This document shows positions 43,115 through 51,983 of a stretch of DNA of 64,000 bases, one piece after another. Origin of the DNA: an archaeon. GTDB taxonomy: Archaea; Nanobdellota; Nanobdellia; Pacearchaeales; GW2011-AR1. The first letter of the stretch is position 1; each line of letters begins with the position of its first letter. Position numbers and translations under genes: made by a program. The notes beneath the pieces are model-generated. The model was not told the origin of the DNA, made no database searches, and worked only from the letters and a program-made list of their open reading frames with translations. The stretch is from positions 117,940 through 181,939 of the forward strand of contig JAYONY010000001.1 in assembly GCA_038121585.1 (NCBI GenBank). The letters run 5' to 3'.

Positions 43115-44467
43115 TTACGCTAAAGCTTTTTCAAACAACTGCTTGACGACCTTGTAGTCTGCGCGACGATTTGTGGATTGCATAACGGCCCCAATTAAAA
43201 AATTAAGCGCTTTTGCGTCACCGGCTTTGTAGTCTGTAACTGCTTGTTTGTTAGCGGCCAATGCGTTATCAATATGATTCTGGAGTTCTGAGGCGTCATC
43301 CATCTTTGCCTTGACGTTTTCTGTTGGGTCTGAGCTTTTTGGTACGAACCCGTTTAAGACTTGCTTTGCTTGGAGTTCTGTTATCGTGCCATTTTTAACG
43401 AGTTCTACGAGTTTGACAAAGTGATCGACTGCGATATCGACTTCAGCAAGTTCTTTCTTGTTATAGTTAAGAACACGCAAGAGTTCGACAGTAACCCATG
43501 AGAGCGCGAATGTCCCGTCAATGTGTTTCGCTACTTCCTCAAAAAAGTCTGCGATATCTAAATCCTTAGCGAGTACTGCGGCGTCAGCTTCACCAATCTT
43601 GTATTTCGTAATGAGTTTCTGCAGTTTTGCATCAGGGGATTCAGGTAATGCTTGTTCGAGTTCGTGAATAAGTGAGCCTGCAATTTCTATTGGTGCAAGG
43701 TCAGGGTCTGCAATAAACCGATAGTCTGACGCGTCTTCTTTTCCGCGCATTCGCATTGTCTTTCCTTTTGCTTCATCGTATCGTCGTGTTTCGCGCACAG
43801 AACCTTCCCGGAGTTGGCGCTCAAGTTCAAATTCTATTGTTTGTTTAACTCCTGCTAAAGAATTAACGTTTTTAACTTCTACACGTTCAGTTTTACCAGG
43901 AATATTAACGTTTACGTCAGCTTTGATACCGGCGTTTCTATCAACAGCTTTTAAGTAATGGAGCAGATGCAAGAGTTTCTTCAACCATGCAACAACTTCG
44001 TCAGCGTAGGTAAAGTCTGGTTCAGTCACGATTTCAATAAGGGGCAAACCACTTCGATTATAATCAATAACCCCAGTTTTGGGATTCCAACTCGCAGGGT
44101 CTTCTTCAAGGTGCATGCTGTTGATACGAATACCTGCGAATTCTCCGCGTTCCCCAACTGGTTTTGCGTGGGCTCCGCTCAAAGTCGTTTGATATCCTTT
44201 TGGTAAATCCGGCCAGTCGTAGTGTTTTCGCATCCAGTGCATTCTGCGACTAATAGTGCATCCTAGCATGAGAGCAACCTGCACAGCTTTCTTCACCGCA
44301 TCCTTGTTAGGTAACTGTGGTTTCGCCCCCGGCTGACCCGTACACAACGGACACACGAACGTATTCGGCGTTGTTCCTTTTTCACGAGTCGCGTGGCACG
44401 AACAAAACAATTTCTCGTCCGTCGTTAAGTACACATGAATTTCAAGCCCTATCATCCCTGATGCCAT
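43115..44467 (-). CDS. gatB: Asp/Glu-tRNA amidotransferase subunit B
   Basis: 'IGLEIHVYLTTDEKLFCSC...CPLCTGQPGAKPQLP' and a YqeY-like tail. Homology begins at the ATG at 44467. The ORF-track extension to 44782 is judged non-coding. Confidence 0.9.
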   Translation of the reverse strand: MASGMIGLEIHVYLTTDEKLFCSCHATREKGTTPNTFVCPLCTGQPGAKPQLPNKDAVKKAVQVALMLGCTISRRMHWMRKHYDWPDLPKGYQTTLSGAHAKPVGERGEFAGIRINSMHLEEDPASWNPKTGVIDYNRSGLPLIEIVTEPDFTYADEVVAWLKKLLHLLHYLKAVDRNAGIKADVNVNIPGKTERVEVKNVNSLAGVKQTIEFELERQLREGSVRETRRYDEAKGKTMRMRGKEDASDYRFIADPDLAPIEIAGSLIHELEQALPESPDAKLQKLITKYKIGEADAAVLAKDLDIADFFEEVAKHIDGTFALSWVTVELLRVLNYNKKELAEVDIAVDHFVKLVELVKNGTITELQAKQVLNGFVPKSSDPTENVKAKMDDASELQNHIDNALAANKQAVTDYKAGDAKALNFLIGAVMQSTNRRADYKVVKQLFEKALA

Positions 44468-44537
44468 ACAGAAACTAGAATTCCCGACCTTTTTAATGCT
44501 TGTGAGGGTTATTAAACACCAAGTGAATGCTAATAGC

Positions 44538-44918
44538 ATGAATATCCGCGAAGCATCCAAAAGTGACATACCGCAACTACTTGCACTTATGCGCGAAGTT
44601 GAAGCTGACGATACAGTAAACCGCAAATTCATTACGAGCTTCATTAACAAAAAACAAAAGTGTTGCTTTGTCGCCCATTCTGAAAATAGAATCGCAGGAT
44701 ATGTTCTAGGCCACCATAAACGTAGAGTAATGCGAAAGGCGAGTAAAGAGGCGCACCTCAAAGAATTACTTGTGCAAGACAAGCATGCCCGAGACCCCTT
44801 ATTTGATGAATTCTACACGTGGGCGCATAATCGCGGAGCGAAGAAAATTAATGTTACACCAGATAAAGAGAATACAAAATTAGTTTCGTTTCTCAAAGCA
44901 CGCGGGTTTAAGGAATAA
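44538..44918 (+). CDS. GNAT-family acetyltransferase (small)
   Basis: 'MNIREASKSDIPQLLALMRE...IAGYVLG' has GNAT-like topology. The start at 44538 is preferred over 44496. Confidence 0.6.
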   Translation: MNIREASKSDIPQLLALMREVEADDTVNRKFITSFINKKQKCCFVAHSENRIAGYVLGHHKRRVMRKASKEAHLKELLVQDKHARDPLFDEFYTWAHNRGAKKINVTPDKENTKLVSFLKARGFKE

Positions 44919-45968
44919 TCAAGAACCACCAAACCGTCTCTTCCGCGTCCCGAATGTTTTTACCGCATCGCGTAAATCGTCTGGACTAAAGTCGGGAAAG
45001 TGTTTGTCACAGAAATACAACTCCGCGTACGTAGATTGATACGGCATAAAGCCTGAAGTGCGTTGTTCCCCGGATGTGCGAATAATTAAATCAGGGTCGG
45101 GTATATCTGCTGAGTCTAAGTACCTTGCAATGTCTTCTTCGTGTACTTCTTGCACGCCTTCTTTAAGCATTTTATTCACTGCTCGTGCTATTTCGTCTCG
45201 TCCCCCATAATCTAAACATAACTGCACGTAAAAATCAGAGTAGTCTTTAGTTGATTCTTCTAAAGCTGTTAATTTTTTCACGATATGTTTTGGTAATCGG
45301 TCTTTACGTCCTAAATGTCTAAATTTAATTTTATTCTTGACTGCATCATCTTGTAATTGATCACATAATCCTTCTAAGATGTCAAAGAGCACTTTGACTT
45401 CTTTGCCTGGTCGTTTCCAGTTTTCAGTTGAAAATGCCCAAAACGTCAAATATCGTACCCCTAACTCTTTAGCAACGGTAAAGAGTGAGTACAAGTTGTC
45501 TCGCGCTGCAGGTTTTCTGTGCCCTTCAGTTTTTGCAAGACCATTAGAAACTGCCCATCGTCGATTTCCATCAGGTATAATCGCTATGTGCTGTGGCACT
45601 TTTGCTTTAACACCTAAGAGTTTTTTACCTAAATTCTTAAGGCTTGATGTTTGATCACCAATGAGCCCTTTATCTGTTTTAATTTCAAAGCCAGTGTAAT
45701 CAGTAGATATCTCTCGCCAAAAGTAGGATACCCCATCAACATGTGCAAACATAGGACCTTTTTGCACGAGCTCGAGTAATTCATCAAGTTGTTCACGCAT
45801 TCCTTGCGCTACGATAAAAACGCTTCCATCAGGCTGATTGCGAACGTACCCGACGAGCCCTATTTTTTCAGCTTGCGCTTTAACAAATCGCCGAAACGTG
45901 ACTCCTTGGACCCGTCCAACGACTTCGATTGCAAGTTCTTTATGCTTTTTTTGCGGTGTCATCTTCAA
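44919..45968 (-). CDS. uppS: Acylphosphatase-like domain fused to cis-prenyltransferase (undecaprenyl/polyprenyl diphosphate synthase)
   Basis: Residues ~12-97, 'VGRVQGVTFRRFVKAQAEKIGLVGYVRNQPDGSVFIVAQG', carry the acylphosphatase signature. Residues ~125-349, with 'HIAIIPDGNRRWA', 'FWAFSTENWKRP' and 'RTSGEQRTSGFMPYQSTYAELYF', are UppS. Confidence 0.85.
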   Translation of the reverse strand: MKMTPQKKHKELAIEVVGRVQGVTFRRFVKAQAEKIGLVGYVRNQPDGSVFIVAQGMREQLDELLELVQKGPMFAHVDGVSYFWREISTDYTGFEIKTDKGLIGDQTSSLKNLGKKLLGVKAKVPQHIAIIPDGNRRWAVSNGLAKTEGHRKPAARDNLYSLFTVAKELGVRYLTFWAFSTENWKRPGKEVKVLFDILEGLCDQLQDDAVKNKIKFRHLGRKDRLPKHIVKKLTALEESTKDYSDFYVQLCLDYGGRDEIARAVNKMLKEGVQEVHEEDIARYLDSADIPDPDLIIRTSGEQRTSGFMPYQSTYAELYFCDKHFPDFSPDDLRDAVKTFGTRKRRFGGS

Positions 45969-47007
45969 GTTCCTCCTTGAGTAGTGTTTTAAACCTTTCG
46001 AGGTCGTCTGCTTGCATCCGTAGCCCTACTGCGTCAGGATGCCCTCCACCACTTGCGTGTTCAAACTTTGGCAATAGTTTGTCTAGTATGTCTTTCACAT
46101 TTTTTCCACGCATAGAAATATTACTAATACCGCCGACTTTATACGCTACAACGACGATATGATCTGGATAGCGATGGCAAAGTTCGTTAGCAATGTCAGC
46201 ACTGATACTCATATCCCCACCGTATACGAAGAAAATCAAATTCTCATCTGCTTGCGCTTTCGCTTTAGTTATGAGTGCAGAATATTTTGTGAGTAAATCA
46301 CGGTATTTTTTAGCGAAGGGTTTGCTTGAATCAAGTGTTGCGAGCATGTCTGATGGACCTGAACAGGCTATTAAGTAATTTTGAAGTTGTACAACGTGCG
46401 TGATTGAATCTTTCAAGCCGAAACTCAGAGATCTAGCGAGCCGCCCTATTTCTGATTCGTATAATACTTCAAAGGGTGCTGTAGCGTTTGCTTTCCAAAA
46501 GTCAGGATAGTGTTCTACAAATGTATCTGTAAAGTCAGGGAAGTGATGATCTGCAATACACCCCATCATCGCTATCCAAACGTCTTCTGCTCGTTTACCG
46601 ATTGACCAGCTCCAGTACGTAACAGGCCAGGCAGTGATTGCTTCTCCATGATGCGATGCATTATATTCATACACTTGTTTGTACTCGTGTGTTTCTCGTT
46701 CTACATCATGATGGTCTATCCAAACAATAGGTATGCCGAGTTTTTCCATTTCTGCAACAAAAGCCTCTCCTAGATACGGCCTATCCAGTACGAATACATA
46801 GTCAGCATTGAGTTCTTGGACGCGTCGCGCGTATCCCACATCAACTGCGGGGTGTGACCGCACCGCAATTCCTTTTCCACGACCTATAAAGCGCCGTAGT
46901 AATACATAACTACAAAGCCCGTCAGGATCATTGTCATATAAGAACAAAGGATTTTGCGCAGCTTCAAGATGCTCGCGAATATCCGACAACTGATTTTCTG
47001 TAAGCAT
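45940..47007 (-). CDS. DHH-family phosphoesterase (RecJ/Cdc45-like)
   Basis: 'YDNDPDGLCS', 'WIDHHD' and 'ASGGGHPDAVG'. Its 3' end overlaps the uppS fusion start by 29 nt. Confidence 0.65.
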   Translation of the reverse strand: MLTENQLSDIREHLEAAQNPLFLYDNDPDGLCSYVLLRRFIGRGKGIAVRSHPAVDVGYARRVQELNADYVFVLDRPYLGEAFVAEMEKLGIPIVWIDHHDVERETHEYKQVYEYNASHHGEAITAWPVTYWSWSIGKRAEDVWIAMMGCIADHHFPDFTDTFVEHYPDFWKANATAPFEVLYESEIGRLARSLSFGLKDSITHVVQLQNYLIACSGPSDMLATLDSSKPFAKKYRDLLTKYSALITKAKAQADENLIFFVYGGDMSISADIANELCHRYPDHIVVVAYKVGGISNISMRGKNVKDILDKLLPKFEHASGGGHPDAVGLRMQADDLERFKTLLKEELEDDTAKKA

Positions 47008-47123
47008 GACGATTAGTGCAAAACTTCCTTTTTAATGGTTAGGGTATGCTATTTTTTTACCACTTTATCGAATGAAAATATCGCAACAAAGCTTATAAAT
47101 CGTCGACATAATACTAATGTACA

Positions 47124-47327
47124 ATGAATAAATGGGCTGAATTGTTTGTCGGTTTGATCCTGATTATCGTGCCAATCACAGTGGCATGGTATTCTCCGGA
47201 ATGGTTTGGAGAATTTTGGAACTTTCGGACTGCAGCATGGGAATTCCTTAAGGGAGGCGTATTTTGGGTCTTCATGATGGTAGGAGCGCTCTTTGTGCTG
47301 CTTGGTATTTCTGATTTGAAAGGATAA
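47124..47327 (+). CDS. Small 2-TM membrane protein
   Basis: A 67-aa ORF with two hydrophobic helices and Trp-rich loops. Confidence 0.4.
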   Translation: MNKWAELFVGLILIIVPITVAWYSPEWFGEFWNFRTAAWEFLKGGVFWVFMMVGALFVLLGISDLKG

Positions 47328-47377
47328 GGATTCACTACACGAATACTTAATTATATTTTTTTATTATAGCCTTGCGT

Positions 47378-48541
47378 ATGAAACGTTGTGAAATTTGTGG
47401 AAAGCTTGATTGTAAAGAGCACGCATTCTCTGTCGGTAAAGTTGTCAAGATTGACTCATTTGCGGGTTCTTCTCCGCCTGAAGTGTTTGTTGGTCGCTGG
47501 AATTACCCAAATGTGTACACTGGCATTCTAGCACCTCAGTCATTTGGTGATACGAGGCATTTATCATCCCATGAAGACTGGCATAAGCATACACTATCGA
47601 TTGATGAGGTGATTGCAAAACGCTCTGAACTCATTTATGGCCGTACACAGTCGTTTGTCAAACGCCCCACCTCTAAGTTTATGAGCGTGATGCAAGAGAT
47701 TGCGATGACCCACAAGTCAACGGCTACAGAGTTTCAATTAGCGAAAAAGATTCGTGCTGAGAAACACCCCGATTCAAGAGTCCCCCTCATGAGCAATACT
47801 GCTCCAGTTGAAAAAGTACAATTACAAGAAAATACGAAGATCAAAAAGAAAGTTGATTATCTAGTCAATGATACTGATACGAAAGCTGCGACTGCAATAC
47901 ACGAGCTCGCAACAAGCAATATTTCTACTTCTAATATTATCAAACTCTTATCTGCGGGGCTACTTGGCCATAAAAAGAATCGTAAGCTCGTTCCTACAAG
48001 ATGGGCTATTACTGCTACTGATGATGCTCTTTCTAAAGAAAAATTAGACCGCATCAGACACTACCCAGTGATTGATGCTATTAAAGTGTTCTCCGCTAAC
48101 TATGTTGGCAATTATTACTGGTTTATCCTCTTACCTGACAAATATTCGTTTGAAGTAATTGAAGCGAAAATGATGGGTACAACGCGATTCATGCAGGATT
48201 ATGAATCGTTCTTCCCACGTAAGAAATACGCTGATGAAGTAACTGGCGCGTATTATGCAAATAGACTAGCCCTAACAGAATATCTTGACAAGCATAAACG
48301 ACAAGCACAATGTCTCGTTCTCAGAGAAGTTCGTCCGGAATATAATGCCCCGTTAGGTGTTGGCATCCTTAGAGAAGTTAGCCGTGAGGCATTCAAGATT
48401 AAACCAAGAGAATTTGAGAATACAACGCAAGCAATGCAAGCAATTGCGCAAGAATGTAAATTACCAATAACCGAGTTCACACAACGGTCGTGGTTGCTCA
48501 AAAACTACGGTAAACAGGCGAGAATCAGTGATTTTTTCTGA
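47378..48541 (+). CDS. Nre-family (NreA-like, DUF650/DUF651) putative DNA repair protein
   Basis: N-terminal 'CEICGKLDCKEH' and 'SSPPEVFVGRWNYPNVYTGILAP', as I recall for archaeal Nre proteins. The ATG at 47378 is preferred over the TTG at 47372. Confidence 0.6.
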   Translation: MKRCEICGKLDCKEHAFSVGKVVKIDSFAGSSPPEVFVGRWNYPNVYTGILAPQSFGDTRHLSSHEDWHKHTLSIDEVIAKRSELIYGRTQSFVKRPTSKFMSVMQEIAMTHKSTATEFQLAKKIRAEKHPDSRVPLMSNTAPVEKVQLQENTKIKKKVDYLVNDTDTKAATAIHELATSNISTSNIIKLLSAGLLGHKKNRKLVPTRWAITATDDALSKEKLDRIRHYPVIDAIKVFSANYVGNYYWFILLPDKYSFEVIEAKMMGTTRFMQDYESFFPRKKYADEVTGAYYANRLALTEYLDKHKRQAQCLVLREVRPEYNAPLGVGILREVSREAFKIKPREFENTTQAMQAIAQECKLPITEFTQRSWLLKNYGKQARISDFF

Positions 48542-48564
48542 TTACACTCATACGAAGAAGCCCA

Positions 48565-48617
48565 ACTATATAAATGTTATGTATGCTGTTACTACCTAAT
48601 AGTTACATTTATATAGT
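48565..48617. promoter_or_regulatory. Perfect 13-bp inverted repeat carrying mirrored TATA-like boxes
   Basis: ACTATATAAATGT (48565-48577), a 27-nt spacer, then ACATTTATATAGT (48605-48617). The right arm ends 29 nt before the ABC-transporter GTG at 48647. The left arm follows the nreA-like stop. Confidence 0.5.
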
Positions 48618-48646
48618 AAAGGGCAGTAGAGAAATTAGAGGTAGTT

Positions 48647-50410
48647 GTGGCTGTCAAAAAAAAGCAGGACTATACAAATAAGGAATTTGTCAAGGATATC
48701 TGGCAATTCTCTGAAGGGCAACGAATTCGACTAGTTGTAGGGGTCACATTGAGAGTTATTGCAGGCCTCGCCCCATTTGCAGTCGTATTCTTTGTAGGTA
48801 AGATTCTTGACTTTTTCACACTTTACAACCAAGGTGATTCGCTAACACCATTCTACACGTATATTTTTCTTATAGGCCTGCTTGGAAGTGCACAAGTCTG
48901 GATCAGAATGATCGCAAAGACCCACATTGATATTGTAGGTGGAAAAGCCCGTAAACAAGCAAGAACACTTGCCATGTCTCGCCTCATGGACCTTGAACTT
49001 GAATGGCATGAAAAAGAAAATTCTGGCAGTAAAATCAATAAAATAAATAGAGGAAGTAGATTACTATATGCATTCTTTGCAAACTTATTATCAAATAGAG
49101 GAACGAGCGTCGCAACTCGAATTGGAGGGAGCGTCGCAATATTCGCAGTACTCGGACTCAAATACACATTATTTGCAATTGGTTTCACCACGTTATTCAT
49201 ACTTACTGAAAAATACTATAATAAACGAATAAGTACATTACAAAAGAAACTTAACGTGATAGAAGATAAAGTCACAGGTAAAATTCAAGAGTCAGCATCG
49301 AATGTATTATCTGTAAAGTCTTTAGGGTTACGGAAAAGTTTTGAGAAAAGCACGCAAAAGCATGAAGATGAATATTATGCAATCTGGTTTGAATCTAAAA
49401 AAGCTGGCCGTAGTAAAAGTCGAACGGTAAAAGTAATTGCTGCGATTGGCTATGCATTATTCCTGCTCATGATAGGATTTGATTTCATTGAAGGTGCAAT
49501 TACGATTGGCGCAATTTTAGTAATTAGTGCATATTTTGAAAATTTGAGAAGTGCATTGACTGAAGTAAGTGCAGTAACGTCAGATTATATTGTAATTAAG
49601 AACGGGGTCGGACAACTCATGACTATTCTTGGTACCGAAGTCTTTGATCGAGAATCTGATGAATTAAAGCGAGTACCAAGTAATTGGAAAGAAATATCCT
49701 TTGAAAATATTGATTTCAAGTACAAAAATAAACGAGTTCTCAAAAATTTCAGTCTAATAATTAAACGCGGTGAAAAAATTGGAATTGTAGGTAAATCAGG
49801 ATGTGGTAAATCGACACTAACAAAACTTTTGCTCGGCCTTTATCAGCCAACGAAAGGAACAATTGCCATTGATGGAGTACCAATTCAACAGTTCAAACAT
49901 AGCGAAATTACAAGCACGATAACTGCAGTATTGCAAGATTCTGAAATGTTTAATGCAACTCTAGAGGAAAATATCACCATAGTATCTGGAAGAAAGAATA
50001 AAGCACAATTAGTAAAAGCAACGCACATAGCTGCTTTGGAAGAAGTTATTGATAGACTCCCTCAAAGAATAAAGACGCTCATTGGTGAGAAAGGATACAA
50101 AGTCTCTGGCGGTGAGCGGCAACGACTCGGCATTGCAAGAGCAGTGTATAAAGACAGTCCAATGATACTGCTTGACGAAGCAACCTCAGCGCTTGACAGT
50201 AAGACTGAAGAAAAAATACAGCTAGCACTAGAAGAAAATCTTTCTAATAAAACACTCATGATTATTGCCCATCGGCTTTCTACTTTGAAGCACGTTGATA
50301 GAATTATTGTGATGGAAAAAGGAAAAATAACCGAGACGGGAACATTCAAAGAACTAGTAAAAAAGAAAGGGACATTCTATGAAATGTATACGTTGCAAAA
50401 GGCAAAGTAA
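48647..50410 (+). CDS. ABC exporter, fused permease/ATPase (MsbA-like)
   Basis: A six-helix TMD, Walker A 'GKSGCGKST', signature 'VSGGERQR' and Walker B 'ILLDEATS'. It has a GTG start with GAGGTAG upstream. Confidence 0.9.
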   Translation: MAVKKKQDYTNKEFVKDIWQFSEGQRIRLVVGVTLRVIAGLAPFAVVFFVGKILDFFTLYNQGDSLTPFYTYIFLIGLLGSAQVWIRMIAKTHIDIVGGKARKQARTLAMSRLMDLELEWHEKENSGSKINKINRGSRLLYAFFANLLSNRGTSVATRIGGSVAIFAVLGLKYTLFAIGFTTLFILTEKYYNKRISTLQKKLNVIEDKVTGKIQESASNVLSVKSLGLRKSFEKSTQKHEDEYYAIWFESKKAGRSKSRTVKVIAAIGYALFLLMIGFDFIEGAITIGAILVISAYFENLRSALTEVSAVTSDYIVIKNGVGQLMTILGTEVFDRESDELKRVPSNWKEISFENIDFKYKNKRVLKNFSLIIKRGEKIGIVGKSGCGKSTLTKLLLGLYQPTKGTIAIDGVPIQQFKHSEITSTITAVLQDSEMFNATLEENITIVSGRKNKAQLVKATHIAALEEVIDRLPQRIKTLIGEKGYKVSGGERQRLGIARAVYKDSPMILLDEATSALDSKTEEKIQLALEENLSNKTLMIIAHRLSTLKHVDRIIVMEKGKITETGTFKELVKKKGTFYEMYTLQKAK

Positions 50411-50797
50411 CTAATCAAGGAATAAAACATTCTTAAATTGCTTAAAATGATAATCTCCAGTGACCACCTTTGCCTTAATTGCAGCTGCAGTAACAAGTAC
50501 GAGTGCATCAACGATTCCAAAACTAGTTAGTTTCTTTCGAGTGTCAACGTATACAATTCCTGCTTCTAAAGCTGCCTCATCAGACGTTTCAATAACAGTT
50601 GCATTAGATACTATTGCCTCATGCGCTAATTTGTAATTACCTTTATCCCGCTTTATTTTAGCAACAACTTCTGCTATTGTTATAGGCAATACAAAAATCT
50701 GATTACGCTCTGATTGTAGCAATGCACAAACATCCTCTCCCTGTTTACTACCTTGCAAATACTCTATCCATGCATGTGCGTCAAAAACATATTTCAT
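50411..50797 (-). CDS. vapC: PIN-domain toxin VapC
   Basis: The acidic PIN residues are present ('VFDAHAW', 'TIAEV', 'IVDALV', 'TGDYHF'). It overlaps the upstream antitoxin gene by 4 nt. Confidence 0.75.
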   Translation of the reverse strand: MKYVFDAHAWIEYLQGSKQGEDVCALLQSERNQIFVLPITIAEVVAKIKRDKGNYKLAHEAIVSNATVIETSDEAALEAGIVYVDTRKKLTSFGIVDALVLVTAAAIKAKVVTGDYHFKQFKNVLFLD

Positions 50798-50997
50798 TTC
50801 TCAAGTTGTCCTCGCGCTTTATCCTCTCGAGTAAATTTCCCTATTCCTTTTAACGCACCAAAATAATCTCGTTTACGCTTCTTCACAGTAATCTCTACTT
50901 CTATATTTTCGACTAACCCTTCTGAGCGAACAATTTCCTTAGGAACTGTTACCACTAAAGAACCGCCGACCTTACGTGTTTTTGATAGTGTAACCAT
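50794..50997 (-). CDS. vapB: AbrB/SpoVT-type antitoxin VapB
   Basis: 'KVGGSLVVTVPKEIVRSEGL' is a swapped-hairpin motif. Confidence 0.7.
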   Translation of the reverse strand: MVTLSKTRKVGGSLVVTVPKEIVRSEGLVENIEVEITVKKRKRDYFGALKGIGKFTREDKARGQLEK

Positions 50998-51048
50998 ATA
51001 AAAAGTATAACTTAAAGTTATATAAATATGCCTATCAATTTCGAAATT

Positions 51049-51369
51049 CTAACGATACAATACTGCCCCTACAACTATCAGCGATTGTAACACCACTAAA
51101 CACGCGTTCATAATGATCAACGGTTTGTCTTTATGAGCAACGCCGTAGACAAACCAGAATACCGAGAAGAATGCAAAACCTGCCCATGACACAATTGACA
51201 CTCCTGACGCATCTTGTTCAACCCAGACTTTTAACAACTGTGGAAAGTTCATTATGGGAATTCCAAACGCAACAAAATAGATTGCACGGTCCATGAATCG
51301 CTTCCATTTCTCAGGATGATCATGCGTAGAATATTTTTTACCTCGAACGTAACGATACCCGACGCTCAT
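51049..51369 (-). CDS. PQ-loop / SemiSWEET-like 3-TM protein
   Basis: Three helices with 'PIMNFPQLLKVW' (PQ motif). The size fits SemiSWEET. Confidence 0.5.
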   Translation of the reverse strand: MSVGYRYVRGKKYSTHDHPEKWKRFMDRAIYFVAFGIPIMNFPQLLKVWVEQDASGVSIVSWAGFAFFSVFWFVYGVAHKDKPLIIMNACLVVLQSLIVVGAVLYR

Positions 51370-51371
51370 GG

Positions 51372-51941
51372 TTACTTACGCTTTTTCTTTTTCAAGCGTG
51401 CAAGAACTTCATCAACGTTTTTTTGCAATTGGTCCATTGCATCATTGAGTTGTACGCGGTTTTTCGTTCCAGTACAGACTAACTTCCCGTTAGAAAAGAG
51501 CAAGAATGTTGTTGTTGGCTCATCTAACTTATAGACTAAACCTGGAAATTGCTCTGGTTCATACTCTGTATTTTCAAGCTCGAGTGCTAGTATGTTGAGG
51601 TTAAGATCAACATTGATACTCCCCGAAGCAACAATATTTTGTACTGTTATCTTTGGCTTGTCAGTGATCTTAACCCCTATTTTAGCAAGTTGTTTGATGA
51701 CTTGCTCAATCACCTCTTTAACTTGTTGTACGGACTTTGTCCCTGTACACACAAGATTCCCAGAAGAGAACACGAGGACTGCGCTTTTAGGTTTTTTAAC
51801 CCGGAGCACAAGCCCTGGAAATTGTTCTGGATTATATTCAGTATTAGAATGTTGTCGAGCGAGTTTTGTCAAGGAGACTGGTTTGCCAAGAGATGATGTG
51901 GCGACGATATTTTGTACCTTGAGGTCTTTTTTTGCTGCCAT
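51372..51941 (-). CDS. tbp: TATA-box binding protein
   Basis: Two TBP repeats ('NIVATSSLG...EYNPEQFPGLVLRV...SSGNLVCTGTKS' and 'NIVASGSIN...EYEPEQFPGLVYKL...SNGKLVCTGTKN'). Confidence 0.95.
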   Translation of the reverse strand: MAAKKDLKVQNIVATSSLGKPVSLTKLARQHSNTEYNPEQFPGLVLRVKKPKSAVLVFSSGNLVCTGTKSVQQVKEVIEQVIKQLAKIGVKITDKPKITVQNIVASGSINVDLNLNILALELENTEYEPEQFPGLVYKLDEPTTTFLLFSNGKLVCTGTKNRVQLNDAMDQLQKNVDEVLARLKKKKRK

Positions 51942-51983
51942 GTGTTGCCATTTAAAAAGGGACTTCCTTTATAAACATTCCCT

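Noticed and set aside
44468-44782. A 105-codon N-terminal extension of gatB in the ORF track.
   Set aside because: GatB homology starts at 'MASGMIGLEIH' (ATG 44467). The extension is hydrophobic/Ser-rich, overlaps the divergent GNAT gene and would remove both promoters.
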